From Eledone cirrhosa (Eukaryota): a stretch of 64,000 nt of DNA. Both the position numbers and the translations under genes were made by a program. Shown piece after piece: positions 29,257 to 42,891 of this stretch (position 1 is its first letter; every line of letters begins with the position of its first letter). The stretch is from the NCBI GenBank assembly GCA_964016885.1, contig OZ024744.1, forward strand, positions 71,672,001-71,736,000, written 5' to 3'. Under the pieces are notes generated by a model. The model did no database searches. It was given only the letters and a program-made list of their open reading frames with translations, and had not been told where the DNA came from.

Positions 29257-29954
29257 ATATATATTCCTTACACTTTCCTTATCAGCACTTAACGCGCTCC
29301 GCCAAGCCTAGTCCACTGACACAACCTCAGCAGTCTTATCCCACACGTACTCACCCGATGATAGGGTTGCCTATTTTTTTTTTTACCACCTTTCACCTAT
29401 CATTTCTGATGCTTGTTACACAACTTTCATTTCCTTTCCGCTCCGAATTTCAAACTGCTTCTATTTTTTCTTCTACTTTCCTTCATAGAAGCTCGATTCA
29501 CGCAGTATTTTTCGTCTCGCTGCCTTCAGATACTTCTGTTTTATATGCTACACTTATTCTTTCAACTCCAATAATATACTCATAACCAACCCTCAAACAT
29601 AATACCAAATCACCAACTATTTTGATTGTACCTTTAGTAACCTAATTTACTGCCAACGGAGATGCCTCTATGCTGTCGCTCGCAGTTAGAAATAACTAAG
29701 AAACCCTTCTCGAATCCTATCATGTATTCATAACTAAGGGTAGGAAACAGATAATAGTTATGGCAAAAATGATTTTCACCAGTCCTGCATAATCAGAGCT
29801 TCTATGGAGCTGCAAAAAAATCACACCAGAAAATGCATCGTTTGTAAAAACCGTTAAAAATATCAAAGTGGTTGAAACCCGACCGTCGTTTGTGTGGTTG
29901 CTTTCGCGAGAGTTTTCTGAACGTTTAAAATAATTATTTCAATTTTACGCACAC

Positions 29955-30060
29955 GGCCAGCAATATGATGGGAAGATGAAAGTTGATTAAATTGACTCCA
30001 GTGCATTACTGGTGCTTTATTTCATCGATCCCCATAAGGAAGAAAGGCAAAGCTAACCTG
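29955..30060 (-). mobile_element. Decayed SINE fragment
   Basis: CAGTGCATTACTGGTGCTTTATTTCATCGATCCCCATAAGGAAGAAAGGCAAAG. Confidence 0.75.
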
Positions 30061-30589
30061 GTTTCGCGTGGGAGTTAGGGTGTATTCGGGGGTGAATGTT
30101 TCCTAACATTTACTCCGTCCCCACATCTTCCCGGCTCCATCCACACACATAATGACCTCATATCTTATAGCTTAGCCGTTTAGGGTTGTACCACTGTATC
30201 GTTGTATGCGAAGTTATGCAACTTCTCTTGCAACCATACCAGGTAATGATATATACCGGCCATTACTTTTTTCATTAGCCCCTCGGCTGTTGCTATGTGT
30301 GTTTATGTACATATATGTAGAAATTCCTATACATTCCTATACATCCGCTTACGTTGGTCAGCAACCAGCACGTCACATTCTCAGCAACCAGCACGTCACG
30401 CTTCAAGGGCTTTCCTTCAAAAACACGAACACGCCTTCACGCGCACACACCCGCACTCACACACACACATACACACACCAACACATGCATGCACACTCAC
30501 TATACATTAGTTATCTCCCTTCCTAAATCTCTTACGCCGAAGATACCACTTCAAGAGCCACCCTCCAAAATGGCTGACTGAATACGTAT

Positions 30590-30785
30590 GTGTATTTTTC
30601 TCATTTCCCCCGTACTTTCCTCTCATCATTTTTTACCTTCTATTTATCTTCTATTTCTAACTCGATTTTCTGATGAATTACTAGTGTCCAAAAGACTCTC
30701 TTCCTGCTGTGTCAAGTGTTAAACTAATATATGTCTTCTATGTACTGTGCCGTTTTGTTATTTTTGTAATTTCTGTTTACTTTTA
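30590..30785 (+). mobile_element. Decayed family G pLTR
   Basis: Homologous to 22600-22772. CTGATGA at about 30670 with broken stem II and GAAA. Confidence 0.7.
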
Positions 30786-31169
30786 ACACACACACACAGG
30801 TCGTTGGTGGGTCGTAATACTAGCACTGAATAGTATGTATATATATATAATTTGCTTGCTTGCTAACTCATCATTTCATATAAGTAGGCCGACTTTGCTT
30901 GCAAACCGCCAGAGATTCGATTTTACTAAATTTCCAATATATATATATATAGTTAAAGAAAGAAGAGTAACATGGTTGGCTGTACAATAAGGGCTTTCTT
31001 CAAAGTGCTGACAATTATTTCGTTGATCTGGTGCGTCTAGTGCTCGCTAATCGCTTGATGCTGCGTCAATCGAACTCCAATACGTTGTTTACAGCCAGTC
31101 AACACATCAGAGCAAGTGGATATGAAAATAATACGCAAGGCATGGCTTTTATAGAAGAGTGGTGTTAAA

Positions 31170-31505
31170 CCAAAACAATAACATCAGTAACAAAATAGCT
31201 AAATAACGAATATTTAAAACAATAACATCAATAATAAAACACGCATGGTTAATAAACAGAGAAGATACGGACCACACAATTGTATCTACATATCTCATAT
31301 TAGCACCCATGAACACTTACCGACGAACTTAATTCTAAATACATTATCTTATTACTTTCATACTCCTTTGTATCTCTTATTTTCTTCTTATTATTATCAT
31401 TTCAATGTACCCTATCCTTGATTTTACTCGCCACGTTCTCTATCTATTTACCATGCATGTTTTATCATTGATGTTATTGTTTTAATTATAAGCTATTTTG
31501 TTATG
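31170..31505. repeat. Degenerate inverted repeat (fold-back)
   Basis: AAAACAATAACATCAATAATAAAACACGCATGG (about 31216-31248) versus CCATGCATGTTTTATCATTGATGTTATTGTTTT (about 31451-31483). CAAAATAGCTA versus TAAGCTATTTTG. Confidence 0.65.
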
Positions 31506-31607
31506 GTTTCTTATATAGGCACAAGGCCAAAAATGTTTGGGGAGGGGAAAGTCGATTAAATCGACCCCAGTGCGTTACTGGTACATTATTTTATCGACCC
31601 CGTAAAG
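31505..31607 (-). mobile_element. SINE 3' half (subfamily with the GGGGAAAGTCGATTAAATCGACCCC insert), interrupted by Tx1
   Basis: SINE sequence stops at ...CGACCCCGTAA, where the Tx1 3' end begins. Confidence 0.8.
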
Positions 31608-34210
31608 ATAATAATGCTTTCTTTATTAACCACAAGGGTTTACATAAAGTAGACATTAAGGACAGTACAGGACAATACAGGACGGTACAAATGGGCATTT
31701 CTGCGTGTAAAAAAAAACAAAAATAGAGGATATAACAAAAAAATAACAATGAAAAATTCCCCAATACGGGGGAGACTTCCGAGGGACATTCGTGGAGAAA
31801 GCCCATTAAAAGGCCACAGTGACCCTGACCACCAGGGCAAGTGCCCTCTCCCACTTTTCCACCTTTAATTTACAGACACATACTCAGAGTAGGCCCATTC
31901 ACTCGGGCCATTCTTGCCTCTCTCACCCATCTTTCAACAAAATGCTGGGAAGAGAGCACTCCCCTCTCTACCCTGATTTTCCTTTTCAAATGAAATTTGA
32001 AAAAGTTAATCAGGGCATCACCGAAGAGGTAAGTGCTCGTCTTCAGCCCTTTCAAACGTGTCCACCATACTATCTCTTTCGCCTTGGCCACCAAGCAGAT
32101 AAAAACGACTGCCCTTCCCGGCTAAAGGAAGGCGGCGGGGCAATCCTCACGATGGACTCAGCTGATAGCCGGGTCCATCCTACACGCGACAGCAGGTGTT
32201 CGACATAAAGCCACAAGTCAGCAATGCTCGGACACTGGACCAGTGCGTGCAGCACGGTTTCGTCGCCCTGCGCGCATCTCGGACATGCCCGGCTGACGGC
32301 ACCTCCATGCCTGTAGAGTTTATCCCGAATTGGCAAAGCTTTTCGGTAGCATTGCCAGGCCAGGGACTTCTGGAAGTTGTCCATAGGCCCCGGCCCGAAA
32401 GTTCTTCCGAAGAGATTGGCTAGTTGATTTTCGTCGACGCCTAGAATTTCCCTAAGTACGTCGTCGCCCTTCCCCATCACTACTCCTCTATAGAACGCCA
32501 AGGTGGAGTTTCCACCGATCACATTGCCCGACTGGTCGAGGGCTGTGAACGCCTGGAGACATTCCAGTCTCCAAGCGCTCCCTCTCGGTCTTCGCTTGAC
32601 CCAGGACTGAAGCTGCGTCAAAAAGACGAGCTGGGGAAAGACGCGTCTAGCAAACGGTGACAACACCTGATCACCGTCGGGGAAGAGGTGGAGATGTCGT
32701 AGCTTGAGCGCGTGACTGCGCATCATCAGCCATGGCATTCCCAGCCCTCCACGTAGCGGGTGTTGACAGCAGATGGACCGCCTGACCATCGGAGCGCGTC
32801 CCTTTCACAAAAAAGCGAAAGAGCAAACGCTCCAGCGCAGTCAGGCGAGGCTTAGGACAAGGTACGACGGTCAGGCGGTAGTAGATGACGGACGCGATGT
32901 ACGCATTCACCACCTCCGCTCGACCTTTCAGGGATAGCTTCCTCACTACCCATTTCTGGGTGAGAGAAGCCACCCTACTCGTCACCTCGTCCCAGTTTTT
33001 GTCCGTCTGGACGTCCGGACCGAACCAGACCCCTAGCAATTTAACCAGTCCAGCGCCCGACGACGCTGTTGGACGGCTGCAGGCTGCAGGCTCACCGACT
33101 TTTCCTAGTTGATCATTGCTCCTGTCACCGCCTCGTATTCTCTTAGTGTAGTGCCGATCGCCTCGATGTGTTTCGTGTTCGACACCACTACGGTGACATC
33201 GTCCGCATATGCTGACACGGATCTTCCGCATCCTAGTTCGCGCGCGACCCTCCTCAACGTCTCCAGTTTGTGCAGTAATGGCTCGAGAGTCAATACGTAC
33301 AAAAGGGGCGAGAGGGGACATCCTCGGCGGTTTCGAACGGTTCCGAAAGGTGACCGTTCATCTCACCACAGAGCAGATGTCGCTGTGCATGGCAGCGATC
33401 CAGCCTCTGAAGACGGGCCCAAAGTAAGCCTCCCTCAGGACTGCTGCTAGGTAACGATGGTCGACACTATCGAAATCTTTCGACTGTTCTAAATTGATCA
33501 AGGACCCACCCATGCAAGGTTCCCTAGTCTACCCTCTCCGCGATGTATCGCATGAGGTGGATGTTGTCGTGGATGGATCTATCTGGAATGGCGCATGCCT
33601 GCGCCTCTCCCACCAGACCACCAACGACAAGCGCCAACCTCTTTGCTAACACCTTGGCCAAAATCTTGAACCCTGTGTTTTGCAGAGTTATGGGCCTGAA
33701 ATTATCTGTTATCCCCCTAGTTCGGATCTTTTCTCAGCAGCGCCACCGCTCCTCGGCTCACAGAGCTGGGAATCTCCCATTCTGTTGCCAGTTGCAGTAG
33801 ACGTCCGCCAAGAAGCCTCCGAACAAGTCTGGCATGTGCACGTAAAGTATCCAAACCAGGCGATTTACCCCTTGTGCAGCCAGTCATTGCCTCCCTTACT
33901 TCAGCGGCTGTTATCGGCTTTTCGCAAACTCCGCCTCAGTGGCCAGAGAGCCGCGGCAGTCCGCTTATAAGGACGCGTTTAGCTTCCAGTAGCCGGGTCC
34001 TCGTCTATGAAGCCTATCTAAGTTAACCACACAGATTACGAATTTGTGGTCCGTGTAGCTGACTATCTTGAATTGTGGACAGCCTATGCTAGACCTATCT
34101 ATTTCCCTACAAATGATGACCCGACGCGGTTTGTCCAAGTCCACATTGGCACATTGGGGAAATCCAATCGGTACCTGTCAGACAGTTCAAAACGCCTGAG
34201 CAGGTTTGCG
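31608..34210 (-). mobile_element. Tx1/L1-clade LINE ORF2 remnant (APE fragment, RT, zf-RVT, 3' UTR)
   Basis: GCPLSPLLYVLTLEPLL...SAYADDV...VKLLGVWFG...KLSLKGRAEVVN...GGLGMP...CPRCAQGDETVLHALVQC. Many frameshifts and deletions. Confidence 0.92.
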
Positions 34211-34231
34211 ATGTATACATGAATGTATGTA

Positions 34232-34705
34232 TAGTATATTTGGCAATATACCGTAGGTTTAATTAAAGACATTTTGAAGACCTTGCGCTATCATTTTAAA
34301 GTAGTGACTATGTCACTTACTTCTTTTTTCGGCAAAGGAAGGGAGAGAAGCTGACAGATTCTGTTTCACACTGTTGGTGTTCCTCAAATATACTATATAT
34401 AAATTCATGTATACATCGCTATTTCAGAGCACCAATCCTAATTCTTAATTTTTGCTGGATCGACAACCGCTCTTTATAATCAGTTCCTGATTTTTACTGG
34501 AATTCTATAAGAATCTAGCCTCTCTAATTTTCAGCAGAGGCGTTGCTCTGAGGAACACCAACAGTGTGAAAAAAACTCTATCAGCTTATCTCCCTTCGTT
34601 TGCCGTAAAAAGAAGTAAGTGACATAGTCACTACTTTAAAATGATAGCGCAAGGTCTTCAAAATGTTTTTAATTAAACATTCGGTATATTGCCAAACATA
34701 CTACG
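34232..34705. mobile_element. Family J fold-back insertion with HHR
   Basis: 34232-34386 is the reverse complement of 34549-34703. Combined HHR is GCT-CTGAGGA-ACAC caaca GTGT-GAAA-CAGA a TCTG-TC-AGC (34545-34585 +, 34350-34386 -). Confidence 0.8.
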
Positions 34706-34748
34706 CACACACACACACACACATAAACACGCACACACGCGCACACAT

Positions 34749-34841
<93 letters not shown>

Positions 34842-35600
34842 ATTCAGTGCTAGTGTTACATCCCATCAATCCTGCGAACAAGGTGAAATAGACAACAAAA
34901 AGGGGGTAGATGTTGCAGTAGTAAAAATTGCCACGAATGTATAGAAGAAGCAACTTTATAGAAAAATTTATTTAATGAAAGTAAGAACAAAATGAAAAAT
35001 GAGGGTAAGGAAAGATGAGCCCAGATATTTTCTTCAGGAAAAAAAAAGGATGTCAATGAAAATGGTTACTGTTGTAGTGTTATTATAGATATTGCTCAGT
35101 ACCATTGATATTTAGGAGTTTACTTCACCTCAGATATAAGAGCAGTACTTAACATTGGCATGTTATTGATAGGGATCAACTTGCAATTTCAGTCAGCTAA
35201 AGTGCAAGAAATCCGAGATACTTTTAGTCTAGTTTATCGGAAATGTCACCAGAGGCAGTTGATTCTACCATATGTAGTTTGTGACATTCTTGAGAATAAC
35301 TAAACATTTAATGTTTCTATTTCTTGCGTATTAAATTTTCTATTTAAACATTAATGACTTTAATCTGATGCAATCTCGAAAAAAAAAATGTATAGCAATA
35401 ACTTTACACTAAAAAAAAAAAAATAGGATAAAATATACCACAAAAACCTTAGTGCTTCAGTTGATGATTTAATCTCATATATAGTAAGATATGTTTCCAA
35501 ATTTCTATATATATATGAGTGTATTTAAGTTTATATATGTAAGTATATACACACACAGACACATACATATATATGTATATATATACATATACATTATATG

Positions 35601-35659
<59 letters not shown>

Positions 35660-35665
<6 letters not shown>

Positions 35666-37527
35666 ATACTTTGGGAGGGTCATGTTGCCAATAAGAAACA
35701 CACGCACCAGTTGCTTTCACTTCAATTTATTATAAATTAAATTATAAATTGAATTTTTTAAAATAAATTTCCGGTTGGTTAGTTCCACAACCGGACGGCT
35801 GTTCATATATTGTCAAAGTTCTTTCGTCACACATTCTGTGACCTCATCAGTGACTGGGGATTCTTTTCTTTATTTTGTGCCTCTCCTTTATTCTGTCCTA
35901 CGCCATCTTGTTTTTGTGTGTGTTGTGTGCTTAGTTTGCGCATGTGTTACATCCGGGTATCTGTGTGTGTTTTTATTTGTTTATTTATTTGTTTATTTAC
36001 ATGTTACTAGTTATTTGTTTGTTCTATGTGTGTGTGTGTTTTCATTTTGTCCTTAATTGTGAGTTGTGATGTTGCTATTCCATTCATGTTTTCTATTTAA
36101 TTTTGGTTGGAGTTCATTTATGTTTATTGCCTCTGTGTTCATTTAATCGTTCTCCTATGCTACGAGCTGTCTCACCTATGTACATTATATTCTTATCTTT
36201 ACATTGTCCCTCAGTACATCTTATGCTATATACTATGTTTCTAGTTTTGCAGTTAATATAGGGGCTTAGTTTACAGGTTATGCATTTCTTATATATACAG
36301 GGAGGTCTTTGAAAAGGGTATGTATTACTAATAAGTGTATTTGTGGAGGTACCTGGTCTTTCCACTATCTTAATATTTAGTTTATGTTTATCTAGGGCCC
36401 TTCTAAATTTGTAAGCTAGGGATGTATTGATGAACATTACACTCTGGTATTTATTGCTATCATACCATGAGTTTATTTTATTAACCTTATTCCGAGTTCT
36501 TTCTATTCTATTCTAAAATTTGCTCCTATACAAGGGGCAGGTCCCATTTGTATCATAATTTACCATTTTTTCCCATTTGGTTCTGGCTCCTCTATATACT
36601 CTGATTTTATCTCTCTGATTGTAACCAGAGAACTGCATACGGTGGATGAAGTCTCTCTCTAGTTCTTTGGGGTTGCACATGCGGGACACGTTCCTCATCA
36701 ACCGCACTAAATCCCCAATCAATATATTGATTTTGGTGTGATCCGAAGCAGCTGAGTTTCGGTGGATCAGGTATTTGGAAGTCATGGGTTTGGCATAATG
36801 GGAATGTAGGATTTTTTTTGTTATTAATAGCATAGGAGAACGATTAAATGAACACTGGCGAGAACTCCAAGATAGAAAAGACTCATCAGTACTCCACCAA
36901 CATACTAAAATAGAACATAAGGGCAAATTACAGAACATAGAAATAAAACTAAAATCTACACACAGAAAAGACGCAATGTTTAGACAAATCACAGAGGCAA
37001 TAAACATAAATGAACTCCAACCAAATTAAATAGAAAACATGAATGGAATAGCAACATCACAACTCACAATTAAGGACAAAATGAAAACACACACACATAG
37101 AACAAACAACTAACTAGTAACATGTAAATAAACAAATTAATGAACAAATAAAAACACACACAGACACCCGGATGTAACACATGCGCAAACTAAGCAGACA
37201 ACACACAAAAAAACAAGATAACGTAGGACAGAATAAAGGAGAGGCACACAACAAAGAAAAGAATCCCCGGTCACTGATGAGGTCACAGAATGTGTGGCGA
37301 AAGAACTTTGACAAAATATGTACAACCATACGGTTGTGGAACCAACCAACCAACTAACCGGAAATTTATAAATTTTTTAAAATTTATAATTTAATTTATA
37401 ATAAATTGAAGTGAAAGCAAATGGTGCGTGTGTTTTTTATTGGCAACATGACCCTCCCAAAGTATAACAATATCGGTTTTAACACACGTTTTCAGATAAA
37501 GAATCTTGCTAAACAAATTCAGAAACG
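35660..37527. mobile_element. PLE family B, tail-out inverted structure
   Basis: 35660-36825 is minus (pLTR, GIY-YIG with a deletion at about 36138, RT thumb HSHYAKPMTS). 36826-37527 is plus (GIY-YIG C-terminus, pLTR). An HHR lies in each arm. Confidence 0.9.
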
Positions 37528-37609
<82 letters not shown>

Positions 37610-37611
<2 letters not shown>

Positions 37612-37786
37612 CGAAGGAAATGTGGTAAGGAACCAGGTGGCCCATAACGCACCAAAGTACTCAATACTTAGGGTAGTAGAGTGGGTAATAGGAACAAGTA
37701 AGACCCCGACGGCTGAGCTCAAGCCGTTTCGACGGCTAATTCGCCGTCGAAACGGCTTAAGCTCAGTCGTCGGGGTCTTACTTGTT

Positions 37787-37790
<4 letters not shown>
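37610..37790 (-). mobile_element. Family F palindromic element
   Basis: Hairpin at 37688-37790 plus the reverse complement of the family tail. Confidence 0.8.
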
Positions 37791-37859
<69 letters not shown>

Positions 37860-37860
37860 T

Positions 37861-37893
<33 letters not shown>

Positions 37894-37922
37894 TTATATA
37901 TATATATATATTTATATATATT

Positions 37923-37957
<35 letters not shown>

Positions 37958-38034
37958 TTATATATATATATATATATTTATATATATTTATATATATTTA
38001 TATATACATATATATATATATATTTATATATATT

Positions 38035-38079
<45 letters not shown>

Positions 38080-38195
38080 TTATATATACATATATATATA
38101 TATGTATATATATATATTATATGTATATATGTATATATATATATAAATATATATAAATATATATATATATATACCATACTTACTTTTTGATACCC

Positions 38196-38246
38196 AGATT
38201 CCTGATGATTTCTAAAGAATGAGACAGTTCTAGTCCTGTAGAATCT
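38196..38246 (+). ncRNA. Hammerhead ribozyme, family K, in a stub of about 155 bp (38175-38330)
   Basis: AGATTC-CTGATGA-t-TTC taaa GAA-t-GAGA-CAG ttctagtc CTG-TA-GAATCT. The homolog at 52092-52205(-) has an intact GAAA. Confidence 0.75.
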
Positions 38247-38328
38247 CATCTATATTAAAACATTTATACTCTGCAATGTATTGAGTACCTTACTTACTGT
38301 GGTTACCTCCGATTCAACCCGGAATAAC

Positions 38329-38407
<79 letters not shown>

Positions 38408-38408
<1 letters not shown>

Positions 38409-38795
38409 CGTTTCTGAATTTGTTTAGCAAGATTCTTTATCTGAAATCGTGTGTTGAAACCGATATTGTTATACTTTGGGAGGGTCATGTTGCCAATAAG
38501 AAACACACGCACCAGTTGCTTTCACTTCAATTTAATTTATTATATATTTATAAATTTACAAATTTATAAATTTCTGGTTGCTTGGTTGGTTCCACAACCA
38601 GATAGTTGTTTATATATATATAGTCATAGTTCTTTCGTCACACACTCTGTGACCTCTTCAATGACTGGGGATTTCTTTCTTCGTTTCTGTGCCTTTCTTT
38701 TCTTCTATCCTACGCCATTTTGTTTGTGTGTGGGTTGCGTGCTCAGTTTGCGCATGCGCCACATCCGGGTGTCTGTGTGTGTTTGTGTTCATTTT
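38408..38795 (-). mobile_element. Solo family B pLTR
   Basis: Reverse complement of 37150-37527. HHR at 38623-38665. Confidence 0.88.
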
Positions 38796-38869
38796 ACTAT
38801 TTTTTATTTTTTTTTATTTTTCTATTTATATTTTTCTATTTGTTTGTTTATTTATATATATATATAGTA

Positions 38870-41415
38870 ATAATAATAAATCTGAAGACTAAAATCCAAA
38901 GAGGGCTCGATAAGGATAAATATATATCAAATATATAAGAACCGTAGAGCAAATATTTATTAAAATAACAGATTAAAGTTTAAGCAAAGAATCGCTGCTT
39001 TCACCCTTAACGGGATCTTCTGAAACTAACAAAGTCAATCTGTAAACGCAGAATTGGATATTTCAAAAAACGTTGCAACCGGAGGAAGACAGGAAGACGA
39101 TACTTTGGTTCGTGGAAACGTTCGCTGGCAAAGAAAGGGAAAAAACGAATATAATATGTCATTAATAGGAGCGGTGAAAAACAATTACGCGCAAAGACAG
39201 AACCACGTTTATGGTATAAAAGAGGTCATAGACTAATGTTCTCTTAGGTGGTGCAGAGAGACGTTCTCTGGCAATGAACGAAAAAAACGAAGATAATACG
39301 TCATATGTGGAGCGTGGAGAACAATAGCACGCAAAGACAAAACCACGTAAATGGTATAGCAGAAGTCGTAGACTAAAATTCTAACTAGGAGACCGAATGA
39401 ATCTCCGCTACAGAGTTAAGAACAAAGTAAATAAATACAGGTTGAGGCCAATCTCTCGGTCGTTAATTACCTCGACGTTACCCTCAATTTATTGAATGGG
39501 TTGTATTACCCGTATAGAAACCGAATGATACGCTTAATTACATAAGTAACCATTCCAACCATCCTGCCAGCATAACCAAGAACCTGGTAAGAAACGTTTC
39601 GTTGAGGCTTTCCTGTCTTTCCACCAACGACCGTATTTTCAACGACCATTCCACTTATTACAATGAAGCTCTTGCTCGAAGTGGATTTGTCGATAAGGTA
39701 GCATATACAGAGTACGAAAATAGACCTAGAAGAAATAGATTCCGTCGCATTTGTTGGTATAACCCACCATATAATATGGAGGTGGCCACACCATTAGCTA
39801 AGATCTTTCTTTCCCTTATTACGAAGCATTTTCCCCCTACACATAAATATAGTAAAATTTTTAATAGAAATACTATTAAATTTTTTTACTCTACGACTCC
39901 TACCCTTGCACATAACATCACAGCTTCAAATTTAGCTAAACTACCTAGCCGTAGGAACACGTGCAACCCTGTAGTTAGTACTAACTGTAATTGTAGGAAT
40001 CGGGTTGATTGCCCCCTATCCGGGAAATGCCTCTCTAGTAACATTGTCTACAAATGTAAGGTTGTAACACCCACGTCCCGTAGGGCCTACACAGGGTTAA
40101 CCGCCAATAGATTCAAGCAGCGTCTTTACATGCATACCCATTCTTTTCGTTACCCTCTAAGAAGGAATATGACGTCACTTTCAGCTTATATCTGGAGTCT
40201 AAAAGACAACCACACCCAATATAAGTTACACTGGGAGATCCTAGCTAGGGCTAGATCGTATAACGGAAATAAAAGACCACGTGACCTCTGCGCCGCTGAG
40301 GCCCTGGAAATACTCTACGCCACAGACCACATCTTAAACAAAAAATCTGAGGCAATTTCGGCTTGTAAACATAAATTGCACAGAACTTTCCTGTATTACA
40401 GCCCCACGTTATACCCTAACGGATAGTACGATCTATACGTGGATATTTTACGTCTTCATGTGGGAGCTAAGTATATGTTTTGTTTATACCTTTACTTATT
40501 TGCATAGGTAAGTATATATTACCCGTATCTTTTGTGAAGGTACGTATACCTTCTCGTACGTATATTTGATTGTTATGGCGTATATTTTTATATATTCTGG
40601 TACATATGGTTTGGCTATGTGTATACGGGAGTTTTGCGTCTGTGTGAGTATGCAGGTTCGTACGTATGTAGGGTGTGTGTATATGTGTACTTCATGTTTG
40701 GGTTGACTTACGTCTCCGGACATTCGTGTATTTACATGTAGGTATGTGTGTGCGCTTGTTATATACGTATTTATTTATTTATATACGTTTATATAATTAT
40801 TTATTTATTTGTATACACGCATACACACACATATTTATATGTGCGTGGTTTTGTATACCTATGGTAAGTTTTTGCGTATGCTTGTGTATGTACGCATTTG
40901 TTTGCGTGTATGTATTTATTTATTTCTATTACTTCTGTATTGTATTTATTTACTTTGTTCTTAACTCTGTAGCGGAGATTCATTCGGTCTCCTAGTTAGA
41001 ATTTTAGTCTACGACTTCTGCTATACCATTTACGTGGTTTTGTCTTTGCATGCAATTGTTCTCCACGCTCCACATATGACGTATTATCTTCGTTTTTTTC
41101 GTTCATTGCCAGAGAACGTCTCTATGCACCACCTAAGAGAACATTAGTCTACGACCTCTTTTATACCATAAACGTGGTTCTGCCTTTGCGCGTAATTGTT
41201 TTTCACCGCTCCTATTAATGACGTATTATATGCGTTTTTTCCCGTTCTTTGCCAGCGAACGTTTCCACGACCAAAGTATCGTCTTCCTGTCTTCCTCCGT
41301 TTTTTGAAATATCCAATTCTGCGTTTACAGATTGACTTTGTTAGTTTCAGAAGATTCCGTTAAGGGTGAAAACAGCGATTCTTTGCTTAAACTCTAATCT
41401 ATTATTTTAATAAAT
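38870..41415 (+). mobile_element. PLE family A, 5'-truncated with inverted pLTR at its 5' end
   Basis: 38870-39440 is the inverted pLTR. The body from 39441 has ORF 39602-40426 (thumb, CNC..CPL zinc finger, GIY-YIG). The 3' pLTR has an internal duplication and an HHR at 41343-41393. Confidence 0.92.
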
Positions 41416-41454
41416 AAATATATATATATATTTATATATATATATATATATATA

Positions 41455-41660
41455 TTTATTAAAATAACAGATTAAAGTTCAAGCAAAGAATCGGTGCTTT
41501 GACCCTTAACGGGAGCTTCTGAAACTCAGAAACAAGTTTGCTTAAACTTTAATCTGTTATTTTAATAAATATTTGCTCTACGGTTCTTATATATTTGATA
41601 TATATTTATCCTTATCGAGCCCTCTTTGGAAGTTAGTCTTCAAATTTATTATTATTACTA
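41455..41660. mobile_element. Family A mini fold-back (inverted HHR segment plus 3' terminus)
   Basis: 41455-41527 is the reverse complement of the HHR region. 41537-41660 is the plus 3' end. Confidence 0.75.
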
Positions 41661-41716
41661 TATATATATATATATTGTTATACTTTGGGAGGGTCATGTT
41701 GCCAAATTCAGAAACG

Positions 41717-41764
<48 letters not shown>

Positions 41765-41766
<2 letters not shown>

Positions 41767-42788
41767 AAGAATTCATATCTAGTAACATATATATACATAC
41801 AGATGCATATCAATGCTAGCAAATATATAGGTTTTGTCTTAATAACAGTGTGGTTCAATGCATGGGGTTGCAGAACAATAATATAAGAGACGTAAAATAA
41901 GAAAATTATAAAATTAACTTACTTACTAAAATATCACTTCCAACTAATTAGTTTCTGGAATGGAGTAAATATATTTTCCGAAGAATATTATAGAGAAGCA
42001 TACCGTCGCCAGGAAAGTCTATTCTCATGTAAGTTTCCAGGCAAAGCGAGGACACTGGAAACTTATTAAAAAATAATTCAGTGGATAGGAAATAGCGAAG
42101 CGTGGACTGAATTCCAAGCCATTGAGAAAATCACTGCCTCTACGTCTGTGGCAAATTCAAAAAGAATCGAACACGTGACATCGTTTACTCCATTCCAGAA
42201 ACTAATTAGTTGGAAGTGATATTTTAGTAAGTAAGTTAATTTTATAATTTTCTTATTTTACGTCTCTTATATTATTGTTCTGCAACCCCATGCATTGAAC
42301 CACACTGTTATTAAGACAAAACCTATATATTTGCTAGCATTGATATGCATCTGTATGTATATATATGTTACTAGATATGAATTCTTTATTATTATCTCCA
42401 AATTATTTGTCGAGCAATATTGGCCATGACTGCTGCTACGGTTGTAGGCAGGCCGCTGTCTTATTAGCAAACCACTTTCCACTGATTGACCTCGATGTCA
42501 CGTGTTCGATTCTTTTTGAATTTGCCACAGACGTAGAGGTAGTGATTTTCTCAATGGCTTGGAATTCAGTCCACGCTTCGCTATTTCCTATCCACTGAAT
42601 TATTTTTTAATAAGTTTCCAGTGTCCTCGCTTTGCCTGGAAACTTACATGAGAATAGACTTTCCGGACGACGGAATGCTTCTCAATATTATTCTTCGGAA
42701 AATATATTTACTCCATTCCAGAAACTAATTAGTTGGAAGTGATATTTTAGTAAGTAAGTTAATTTTATAATTTTCTTATTTTACGTCT

Positions 42789-42792
<4 letters not shown>
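41765..42792. mobile_element. Family I fold-back, circularly permuted insertion
   Basis: 41765-42183 minus and 42184-42792 plus. CCATTCCAGAAACTAATTAG at 42190 and 42713 (period 523). HHRs at about 41936-42019(-) and 42657-42740(+), each with one core lesion. Confidence 0.87.
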
Positions 42793-42871
<79 letters not shown>

Positions 42872-42891
42872 TAATGTATATATATATGAAT

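Noticed and set aside
36513-37007. 164-aa ORF as a novel protein
   Set aside because: It spans the inversion junction at about 36825 (antisense GIY-YIG fused to the RT thumb).
38880-38945. CTGAAGA in the antisense of the family A terminus
   Set aside because: No downstream GAAA or stem II. Chance match.
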